IMG/VR virus record: IMGVR_UViG_3300032295_000959
Location: 1 to 34,212 of that record
Source of the DNA: a virus
Lineage: Duplodnaviria; Caudoviricetes
Length of the DNA: 34,212 nt
Reading direction: 5' to 3' (one strand)
The notes beneath the pieces were generated by a model, which saw only the letters and a program-made list of their open reading frames with translations, did not search any database and was not told where the DNA came from. This document shows positions 1 to 6,215 of this stretch, piece by piece. Position 1 is the first letter of the stretch. The number at the start of each line of letters is the position of its first letter. A program made the position numbers and the translations under genes.

Positions 1-141
1 ATCTAGGAAATCTCTAGCCTGTTTAACCTTTATCGTTACGTCGTTTGAATGTAGATACTTCTCTACATCTATCGAGTCAGACTTGATTATCCTCAGTCTC
101 CTCGCCTCGTCTAACTCCGCTGCTCTCTGCTCCAGACTCAT
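1..141 (-). CDS. 5' part of a probable replicative (DnaB/RecA-fold) helicase, truncated by the window edge
   Basis: Hand-translated MSLEQRAAELDEARRLRIIKSDSIDVEKYLHSNDVTIKVKQARDFLD, open to position 1, RBS GGGAG. Function inferred only from position after initiator and primase Zn finger; no Walker motifs in view. Confidence 0.5.
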   Translation of the reverse strand, partial: MSLEQRAAELDEARRLRIIKSDSIDVEKYLHSNDVTIKVKQARDFLD

Positions 142-250
142 CTTCTTGTCTCCCTAGTTGGTACAGCCTGTTAATTGAAAAAACACTACCTAGCCAAAAT
201 CCCGGTGTTACTTCAGAGAATCCTAATTCAATTAGCTTGCTTTCGTTCAT
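77..250 (-). CDS. Small hypothetical protein (57 aa), not in ORF track
   Basis: ATG overlaps the upstream stop (ATGA); MNESKLIELGFSEVTPGFWLGSVFSINRLYQLGRQ...; 3' end overlaps the next gene by 65 nt. Confidence 0.45.
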   Translation of the reverse strand: MNESKLIELGFSEVTPGFWLGSVFSINRLYQLGRQEDESGAESSGVRRGEETEDNQV

Positions 251-663
251 AAATATCCTATTGCTTCGTTAATTCGCGTAAAAGCCGTTTTAAGCCGTTT
301 TTTATCCTCGGTTGATACCTGCCTACCCTCAGCCATATCAAAAGCCGCTATGGACGTAATAAGTGCCTCAAAATGGATTATTTTGAGCAGGTCTGTGGCA
401 TAGAACGGTCGCTTGACTGGTTTATTGGTTTCGCTAGGCATAAAAGATTGATCTTTAGGAAACAGATCAGTCAAGTCCATGCCTACGGCTGAAACCACTT
501 CGTAAGCGCTACAACCAGCAAAGCACTTCAGCAAAATGCGTCCGTCATCAGTCTCGGTAATCGCTAGGCTAGGACGTTTGTCCTGATGCGCTGGACAACA
601 GGCTACCCAATGTCCTCGCTTGCCTTGCACCTTCTCTAGCCGGTTTAGGAAATCGCCAATCAT
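247..663 (-). CDS. Stand-alone DNA primase zinc-binding (CHC2-like) domain protein
   Basis: WVACCPAHQDKRPSL...ILLKCFAGC motif; ATGA-coupled to the initiator gene. Confidence 0.8.
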   Translation of the reverse strand: MIGDFLNRLEKVQGKRGHWVACCPAHQDKRPSLAITETDDGRILLKCFAGCSAYEVVSAVGMDLTDLFPKDQSFMPSETNKPVKRPFYATDLLKIIHFEALITSIAAFDMAEGRQVSTEDKKRLKTAFTRINEAIGYL

Positions 664-1292
664 AGGATTCTCCTTCCGAAAGGGAAGCTCGTCGTACTGG
701 CAACCTTGATTTCATCCTCCCAACGTTGAGCATTGAGCCATGACGCAGGATGCGGAATAAACTGCTGTTCCCTAGACGCAAGATTCTGGTTAGAAATTGC
801 TGAGATGATTGTTTTCGTTAAAGCATCATCAGGCTTAAGTTTTAACCAAGCCTTAAGTGCATTAGGTTTTGCTACCTTACGAGGATAGTGTTTCCAGAAA
901 GTATCGAATCGATCAATATATTCTTTATTATTGGTTATTGGTTTATTGGTTGCGATCTGATCTGGTTCTGAAACGGTATCCATTTTGGATTGCCAACGTA
1001 TCTGATTCGCAGTCTTAGCACGATCTGATTTCAGACGAAATTTTGCTATTTCAGCATCACATCTTCTCTGATTCCAGACACCATTCTCTAACGTAAAAAA
1101 GCCTTTGAGGATTTGCTTAACGTCCTCAATAGACGCGCCAATCTTAAAAGCTAGGTATTCAGGATCGTCAGGTAGTGGAGCCTCTGTGTCGTAATACATC
1201 CACAGAAGTTTCAAATATGAAAAGGCATTTGCCTGAGATAGTGACGATGTGTCACGCAGGAAATCACCTATATGGTGTTGGTAGTAGTGCAT
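660..1292 (-). CDS. Phage replication initiator, DUF1376/YdaU family
   Basis: N-term MHYYQHHIGDF...YLKLLWMYYDTEAPLPDD; C-term FDTFWKHYPRKVAK...FIPHPASWLNAQRWEDE. Confidence 0.85.
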   Translation of the reverse strand: MHYYQHHIGDFLRDTSSLSQANAFSYLKLLWMYYDTEAPLPDDPEYLAFKIGASIEDVKQILKGFFTLENGVWNQRRCDAEIAKFRLKSDRAKTANQIRWQSKMDTVSEPDQIATNKPITNNKEYIDRFDTFWKHYPRKVAKPNALKAWLKLKPDDALTKTIISAISNQNLASREQQFIPHPASWLNAQRWEDEIKVASTTSFPFGRRIL

Positions 1293-1299
1293 ATCTTTG

Positions 1300-1398
1300 C
1301 CTTTCTCGTGTGGTAATCAACCACGGCAATCTCACAAATTAGGTGGGTCAGGCAGGACGGTGAGAAATCGTCTTTTCGAGAGCTACTCTAGCCATTCC
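1300..1398 (-). ncRNA. Candidate structured 5' leader (multi-stem with pseudoknot) of the replication initiator mRNA
   Basis: GGC(U)AG/CUGCC closing helix, GAG-UAG-CUC hairpin, CGAAAA linker, GACG-AUUUCUCAC-CGUC hairpin whose loop is complementary to two downstream sites. Confidence 0.6.
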
Positions 1399-1404
1399 CT
1401 ATGA

Positions 1405-1433
1405 ACTATACCTTTACGTTTCTTAACTGGCAA
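1405..1433 (-). promoter_or_regulatory. Sigma70-type promoter for the replication operon
   Basis: TTGCCA-17 bp-TATAGT on the minus strand; predicted start ~1398, just before the structured leader. Confidence 0.7.
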
Positions 1434-1579
1434 ATCTTACATAGCGGACTATCTACGAACTGAGCTAGTGATCTAGTGCGTTTGCAAGCCGGACACAGCT
1501 TAGTGCCAAAGTTATAAGTCGTTTCCGTTCCACGTGAATCGGACTTTCGACGCAAGGGTTTTGAAGGGTCTATTTCCAA
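1406..1579 (-). CDS. Small zinc-ribbon protein (57 aa, TTG start), not in ORF track
   Basis: GAGGT RBS 7 nt before TTG; MEIDPSKPLRRKSDSRGTETTYNFGTKLCPACKRTRSLAQFVDSPLCKICQLRNVKV with two CxxC pairs. Confidence 0.55.
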   Translation of the reverse strand: MEIDPSKPLRRKSDSRGTETTYNFGTKLCPACKRTRSLAQFVDSPLCKICQLRNVKV

Positions 1580-1694
1580 TGGGTTGACCTCTAGGGCTAG
1601 TTTTAGGCAAAAATCTTTGTACTTCTTGTTTGGGTTGTTCTTTTGGTAAGTCTTTTTTCTTAACCATAATTGTGCCAGAGTTAGGGTGTTTCAT
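1512..1694 (-). CDS. Hypothetical basic protein (doubtful)
   Basis: ORF track; no recognisable motif or good RBS; overlaps the Zn-ribbon ORF. Confidence 0.3.
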   Translation of the reverse strand: MKHPNSGTIMVKKKDLPKEQPKQEVQRFLPKTSPRGQPIGNRPFKTLASKVRFTWNGNDL

Positions 1695-1791
1695 AATAGA
1701 ATGTTTCTATTGGGATATGGATTCCTATTAGAAATGTTTTTACACACAAATCTTGAATCGGTTTAGTATTTCGGAACTGCAACTAGGAGAT
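1695..1791 (+). promoter_or_regulatory. Divergent control region with operator-like palindrome and phage-specific promoter motif
   Basis: AATAGAA-tgt-TTCTATT (1695-1711); TAGAAATGTTT, TCTTGAATCGGTTTAG and AACTAGGAGAT blocks shared with 33897-33971; AGGAG RBS. Confidence 0.6.
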
Positions 1792-1797
1792 TAAATT

Positions 1798-2130
1798 ATG
1801 GATAAGCAGGGTTACGAGCAGTTCTTAATCGGTACGCTACAAGACGGGTTTCCCGGCGAGTTGACTGCCTGTTTCAAAGATACATTAAAACAGTCACGCG
1901 AGGAACGGTTAGAGGAAGAACTTTGCATCCTCCTTGAGACTTGCGCTGTGTTCCAGTCCGATCCACTAAAGTTGCAAGCAGCTATCCGTCGCAACATGGT
2001 CGGTATCGTTAATCGACTGGTCAAAGAATCTACACTTCCAGATTACGTTGAAACTAAAGCGGATTTAGAACGTGATCGAGGAGACTGGCTCTATCAGGAA
2101 ATGAAAGACAGAGAAGCGGAGGGAAGATGA
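1798..2130 (+). CDS. Hypothetical early protein
   Basis: Strong AGGAG RBS; first gene of the rightward operon. Confidence 0.85.
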   Translation: MDKQGYEQFLIGTLQDGFPGELTACFKDTLKQSREERLEEELCILLETCAVFQSDPLKLQAAIRRNMVGIVNRLVKESTLPDYVETKADLERDRGDWLYQEMKDREAEGR

Positions 2131-2327
2131 ACCCTAGCCGTACAGAAATCGATAACTGGCAACTCGCTGAAATTGTCTATGCTTTGCGTCTATTGATTGA
2201 TAGAGTAGAACGCAGAACAGCATCGGATGAAGATAAACAAATTGTCTACATGGCTTATCGTGCGTTAGAGAATACTCCACACGTTATTAAGCAGATCGTA
2301 GACGAACTAGAGAGAGGCAACCAATGA
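2127..2327 (+). CDS. Hypothetical protein
   Basis: ATGA overlap; GGAGGG RBS. Confidence 0.8.
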   Translation: MNPSRTEIDNWQLAEIVYALRLLIDRVERRTASDEDKQIVYMAYRALENTPHVIKQIVDELERGNQ

Positions 2328-2437
2328 AAAAGCTATTTAATCCAGACGATAAACTAGCAGACTTTATCGACCGTCATGCTGGTGCTGTGTTAGCGTGTAT
2401 GCTGTTACTAGCGTTACTAATGGACAGCTTTGCATGA
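2324..2437 (+). CDS. Small membrane protein (37 aa), not in ORF track
   Basis: MKKLFNPDDKLADFIDRHAGAVLACMLLLALLMDSFA; GAGG RBS; ATGA overlaps at both ends. Confidence 0.7.
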   Translation: MKKLFNPDDKLADFIDRHAGAVLACMLLLALLMDSFA

Positions 2438-2616
2438 AGAAAACATTCCCTTGTATCTTAGACAAAGATTTTAAATATGTTCCGTCAGGCAAAACGAACA
2501 TTCGCAAGACTTTCGACCGTATTCGCAAAGAGCAAAAGGAGGCTGCAACGATACAAACTACTACGCAAACACAATCTCACAATATCATTTTCAATAAGAA
2601 ATTCGCTAAGGGATAA
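2434..2616 (+). CDS. Hypothetical phage protein (start revised to MKKTFPCILD)
   Basis: ATGA coupling at 2434; FKYVPSGKTNIRKTFDRIRKE. Confidence 0.7.
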   Translation: MKKTFPCILDKDFKYVPSGKTNIRKTFDRIRKEQKEAATIQTTTQTQSHNIIFNKKFAKG

Positions 2617-2620
2617 ATAA

Positions 2621-3286
2621 ATGGATAACCAACTAGATAACAGACAGCAGGAACAAGACGAACATCAGCAATGGATCGTTTACCAGAAGCTACAGACAGC
2701 TAGGGTCAAGCTACAGAATGTAGAACTCAAGAAGTCTGGACATAACAAGTTTGCTGGCTATAAGTATTTCGAGCTATCAGACTTCCTGCCTACCGTTAAT
2801 AGCATTTTCTTTGAGCTAGGCTTGGCACATACGCTAGAGTTCTCTGACACTATGGCTACTATGTACGTCATTGATACAGAGAACGGTGGTCATGCAAAGT
2901 TCACTTGCCCTATGGCTAATGCTGAACTTAAAGGCTGTCATCCAGTCCAGAATCTAGGTGCATCAATCACCTATATCACTCGTTACCTGCTGGTTATGGC
3001 TCTAGCTATCTGTGAACACGATGCCCTAGACGCTACGACTGGTGCTGATGAGCCTCGTTCTGCAAAGCCGATCACTAAGTCGGTATTCGATACGCTAGAC
3101 GAACAATCTCAGAACGAGATTAAGAGCTATGCAGCCGACATCATCATGATGATTCATAAGGATAAGGTCGGAGAAGCAGTCGAGTACATCAATAGTCTGG
3201 AGCTAGATGCTGACTGGAAAACAGCACTCTGGAGCCAGTTAGATAGTAAACAGCGTAGTGCAATCAAGAAATTTGCTCAAGGATGA
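2621..3286 (+). CDS. erf: ERF-family single-strand annealing recombinase
   Basis: KSGHNKFAGYKYFELSDFLP and QNLGASITYITRYLL...I..HD motifs. Confidence 0.9.
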   Translation: MDNQLDNRQQEQDEHQQWIVYQKLQTARVKLQNVELKKSGHNKFAGYKYFELSDFLPTVNSIFFELGLAHTLEFSDTMATMYVIDTENGGHAKFTCPMANAELKGCHPVQNLGASITYITRYLLVMALAICEHDALDATTGADEPRSAKPITKSVFDTLDEQSQNEIKSYAADIIMMIHKDKVGEAVEYINSLELDADWKTALWSQLDSKQRSAIKKFAQG

Positions 3287-3540
3287 TTATGGAATACGAC
3301 AATACAAACAAAGGTACTTTAGGCAAGAACCATAACAAGAAGTCAGATACGCATCCTGACTACTCAGGTCAGATCAACATCGATGGTACTGATTACTGGC
3401 TATCAGGCTGGCTTAAAGAGTCTAAGAAAGACGGTAGCAAGTTCTTCTCTCTAGCGGTTAAGGCTAAAGATTCAAAGCCTAGTAAGGCTAAACAAAAGTC
3501 TGATTTCCAAGAAGATGATCTTGGGTCAGTACCTTTCTAA
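3283..3540 (+). CDS. Phage single-stranded DNA-binding protein (DUF736-like)
   Basis: HPDYSGQINIDG..YWLSGW..FFSL; acidic EDDLGSVPF tail; follows erf. Confidence 0.75.
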   Translation: MIMEYDNTNKGTLGKNHNKKSDTHPDYSGQINIDGTDYWLSGWLKESKKDGSKFFSLAVKAKDSKPSKAKQKSDFQEDDLGSVPF

Positions 3541-3550
3541 AGGAGGAACT

Positions 3551-3697
3551 ATGAAATACCTATTTGCCCTGTGGTTAGTAGTTACAGCACCTCTTGTTTA
3601 CGCTTCATGCACCTACCATACCTATTGTGATGGTGGTCGTTGTGTCACGTGTACAACGTGCTGTTACGGAGCCTCATGCAATACGAACTGCTATTGA
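3551..3697 (+). CDS. Secreted cysteine-rich mini-protein (48 aa)
   Basis: AGGAGG RBS before ATG 3551; signal peptide ending VYA; 30-aa mature part with 8 Cys. Confidence 0.8.
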   Translation: MKYLFALWLVVTAPLVYASCTYHTYCDGGRCVTCTTCCYGASCNTNCY

Positions 3698-3702
3698 TCT
3701 AC

Positions 3703-3887
3703 GGGGAAAAGCAGATGCCAGCTTTTCGATTGTAAGATCGTCAAGGATAGAACTGGTGTAGCGAGTACCCCACCTTTTCCCGCCTAGCTGTGAGTGGCGG
3801 CAATAACTCCAGCAGCATACGCAATGACTCCTTTACGTGTTTGCTCCCTCGTTGTGAGTATGCCGATTAACCGCCGTAAGCGGTCAA
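3703..3887 (+). ncRNA. Cluster of candidate structured RNAs (loop-E-like hairpin, H-type pseudoknot, anti-SD-loop hairpin, terminal hairpin)
   Basis: 200-nt gene-free interval almost fully covered by hand-identified helices. Confidence 0.6.
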
Positions 3888-3902
3888 CTAACCGAGGAAA
3901 CC

Positions 3903-4094
3903 ATGAAACTACTAGACTTTTTAAAGAAGCAATTTGACATTAAGAATGACCGACAACTGGCCCTGACTATGGGTGTTCGTGCGCCAGCAATCAGCAAGAT
4001 TCGTAACGGACACACTACGATTACCGCTGATTTCATTCTTAAAGTGCATGAGACTTTCGATATTCCTATCAAAGAGATTAAGGCAATGATATGA
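3903..4094 (+). CDS. XRE/Cro-like helix-turn-helix regulator
   Basis: NDRQLALTMGVRAPAISKIRNG HTH; GAGG RBS. Confidence 0.85.
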   Translation: MKLLDFLKKQFDIKNDRQLALTMGVRAPAISKIRNGHTTITADFILKVHETFDIPIKEIKAMI

Positions 4095-4396
4095 GTTACG
4101 AACAGACTGAACTACTGGTAGTCCGTTGGGGGGAAGCCAGAGGCATTATCCAGAACTCAGATAGCAAGACGCAGTTACTCAAGGCTTTTAGCGAAATGGG
4201 GGAACTAGCTGATGCAATTACCAAACGAGACCGTGACGCAATTATTGACGGACTTGGCGATGTTCTTGTGTGTCTTACTATGGTCGCTGCTATTGAAGAT
4301 GTCGATCTGAAACAATGTTTTGCAGCGGCTTATGAAGAAATCAAAGACAGAAAAGGATTTTTGAATCGTGAAGGAGTTTTCGTCAAAGATGCCTGA
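4091..4396 (+). CDS. MazG-like NTP pyrophosphohydrolase
   Basis: QLLKAFSEMGELADAI...IIDGLGDVLVCL...AYEEIKDRKG. Confidence 0.88.
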   Translation: MSYEQTELLVVRWGEARGIIQNSDSKTQLLKAFSEMGELADAITKRDRDAIIDGLGDVLVCLTMVAAIEDVDLKQCFAAAYEEIKDRKGFLNREGVFVKDA

Positions 4397-4583
4397 AGAA
4401 CTCAAGAAGGTCTTAGAGATGATTAATAGCTGGTGGGCTAGGTCTATGGTTGCCATCATCCTATGTGTCATAGGGTACAACGTAGGAGCCATTCAGACTG
4501 AGATACGGATAGCGTCAGATTGTAAGTTTGCTAACGCTTTTAGAGTAGATATTCAGGCATTTAGTTGCCAGAGGAAACTATGA
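4389..4583 (+). CDS. Hypothetical membrane-anchored protein
   Basis: One hydrophobic segment (SMVAIILCVIGYNVG) plus a Cys pair; AAGGAG upstream. Confidence 0.7.
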   Translation: MPEELKKVLEMINSWWARSMVAIILCVIGYNVGAIQTEIRIASDCKFANAFRVDIQAFSCQRKL

Positions 4584-4774
4584 ACAGAGATGACATTTTC
4601 CGCATGGCTGAGGAATCAACACCAGACCAGATGATAGGTGGCTTTGAATTTGATTATGAGCAATTATTACACTTTGCCGCCCTAATCGCTGCTGCCGAGC
4701 GCGAGGCGTGTGCTGATGAAGCACAAGGGTATGACAGCATGATCGCGGGGCTAATCCGCGCAAGGGGGCAATAA
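4580..4774 (+). CDS. Hypothetical phage protein (AEREACA...IRARG type)
   Basis: GAGG RBS; ATGA overlap; FAALIAAAEREACA motif common in proteobacterial phages. Confidence 0.8.
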   Translation: MNRDDIFRMAEESTPDQMIGGFEFDYEQLLHFAALIAAAEREACADEAQGYDSMIAGLIRARGQ

Positions 4775-4968
4775 TGGGCAGACCTAGAAAGAACCCGAAT
4801 GATCCTAAGTGGCAGGAACCTAAGCCAACTGCCAAAGATTACGACTGGCAATTATTCTTTGCAGCGGCTCTAGGAGGATTAATCGCTAAGGGTGGTCTAT
4901 CCTATGACCAACTCATAAAAACAGCCTCACAGATCGCTACAGAGGCTCAGGACTCACTTTCTGAGTGA
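4774..4968 (+). CDS. Hypothetical protein
   Basis: TAATG coupling; MGRPRK N-terminus; last gene of the rightward operon. Confidence 0.75.
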   Translation: MGRPRKNPNDPKWQEPKPTAKDYDWQLFFAAALGGLIAKGGLSYDQLIKTASQIATEAQDSLSE

Positions 4969-5415
4969 ATCGTATTGTGCATAACATTGGGCTAAAGCTA
5001 CCCTAAGATTATCAGCCTCTAGTGCTACTTTGACAAAATCTTCTGCACTTTCTCGATAAAGCTGTCTTGGGGTACATCCACTTTGTCCAGCACCGGAGGA
5101 ACCGGACACGGCACTTGCTTGGGTGGAGATGGACGGACGCTGCTGCAAGCTGTTAGTGAGAGCAGTAGCCCTAGCGTTAAGATTCTTAATTTCAACATCC
5201 TTCTCTCTCCTTAGCTGGTCTGCGTTTGCCTGTAGCTCCTGCTCCTTCTTCCTAGCCGCTTCCTGACCCTTGGCATACTCCGCATATTGAGCTGCTTTTT
5301 CCTTATCCCATGCCTGTTGCACCTGCGCCTTACCATGCTCTGAACCCTGAAAATATCCTCCTGCTGCTGCGAGGATAATGGCAATAAGGGAACCGGAAAT
5401 AAACCAAGGATTCAT
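4954..5415 (-). CDS. Rz: Rz-like inner-membrane spanin
   Basis: N-terminal TM, coiled coil, C-terminal Cys; hosts an embedded lipoprotein gene. Confidence 0.88.
   Translation of the reverse strand: MNPWFISGSLIAIILAAAGGYFQGSEHGKAQVQQAWDKEKAAQYAEYAKGQEAARKKEQELQANADQLRREKDVEIKNLNARATALTNSLQQRPSISTQASAVSGSSGAGQSGCTPRQLYRESAEDFVKVALEADNLRVALAQCYAQYDSLRK
5025..5198 (-). CDS. Rz1: Rz1-like outer-membrane spanin lipoprotein embedded in Rz (+1 frame), not in ORF track
   Basis: MLKLRILTLGLLLSLTAC lipobox followed by Pro-rich SSVRPSPPKQVPCPVPPVLD; purine-rich RBS. Confidence 0.88.
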   Translation of the reverse strand: MLKLRILTLGLLLSLTACSSVRPSPPKQVPCPVPPVLDKVDVPQDSFIEKVQKILSK

Positions 5416-5597
5416 TTAGGAGGCACTTTAGTCGCGTCTAGCTTCTTATGAACTTTGACCTCACGACAGACCTGAACCTCTTTACCTTTACGATCCTTCT
5501 CAGCGTGACAAACCTTCTTAGTTTCTGCTGCATGAATCTGGAACACTAAGACAGAACTTAGCAAAACAGTAGCAGCCATGCGTAGGTAGATAATCAT
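5412..5597 (-). CDS. Small secreted basic protein
   Basis: Signal peptide ending IHA; KKVC...QVCREVKVHKKL. Confidence 0.75.
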   Translation of the reverse strand: MIIYLRMAATVLLSSVLVFQIHAAETKKVCHAEKDRKGKEVQVCREVKVHKKLDATKVPPK

Positions 5598-6049
5598 GAA
5601 ATCTCCGGGTGTGGTGGTTGTTCAGGAGCAGCTTTGCCGTTATACCCTGCTAGTTGTGACGAAATAGGCTGTATCGTCGGTTCCATGCGGACAGGTGCAT
5701 GAGTCGGTGCTTTAGGTGGTGGTGGTTGAGGCGTATCTGAACGCTCCTCTTTAGTCGATAGTCCGGGTGGAGTGAACTGAGGCAGAGCATCCTTACCCTT
5801 GACAGCAAGGAGGGTTGCCAATGAGCCGAGGATGTACTTCGACATATCGCTCAAGATGAGAAAAAATTGCTTATCAGCAGGAGCCATGCCAGTCATCGGT
5901 TGGGTTGTCCAGACCAATGAATACAAACTAATACCCACCATCATAACGACGGTGAAGCAAAACGTAACCGCGATACAGAACTTAATTACTGCATCGTGCT
6001 GTTCTTGCTTTAGATCAAGGAACTGGCTGACTAATTTTAGGGGATTCAT
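5594..6049 (-). CDS. Two-TM membrane protein with Pro-rich tail (holin-like, unproven)
   Basis: Two hydrophobic helices; lies inside the lysis cassette. Confidence 0.7.
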   Translation of the reverse strand: MNPLKLVSQFLDLKQEQHDAVIKFCIAVTFCFTVVMMVGISLYSLVWTTQPMTGMAPADKQFFLILSDMSKYILGSLATLLAVKGKDALPQFTPPGLSTKEERSDTPQPPPPKAPTHAPVRMEPTIQPISSQLAGYNGKAAPEQPPHPEIS

Positions 6050-6215
6050 CCTTAACTTCCTCTGGTTTCATTAGCTGGTCTGGACAAGTTCCGGTAACAG
6101 CGCAATAGGGTCTTTTGCATTGCTTAGTTTCCCAATTATCAGGGTCTTGGCAAGGATAACGGAACCTATCGCATCCAAACAGACTAAGCACCAAGCAAAC
6201 GTAAAGCGCGCGCAT
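6015..6215 (-). CDS. Cys-rich lipoprotein (start revised to MRALYV)
   Basis: Lipobox LFGC; DRFRYPCQDPDNW..QCKRPYCAVTGTCP. Confidence 0.78.
   Translation of the reverse strand: MRALYVCLVLSLFGCDRFRYPCQDPDNWETKQCKRPYCAVTGTCPDQLMKPEEVKDESPKISQPVP

Noticed and set aside
3703-3887. tRNA or known self-cleaving ribozyme (hammerhead, twister, HDV, pistol)
   Set aside because: No cloverleaf or T-loop, and catalytic core consensus sequences not found by eye
4954-4968. Bidirectional terminator at the convergence of the two operons
   Set aside because: The genes overlap by 15 nt and no hairpin with a U-tract is evident
6015-6215. Lipoprotein as the o-spanin
   Set aside because: A canonical embedded Rz1 exists at 5025-5198
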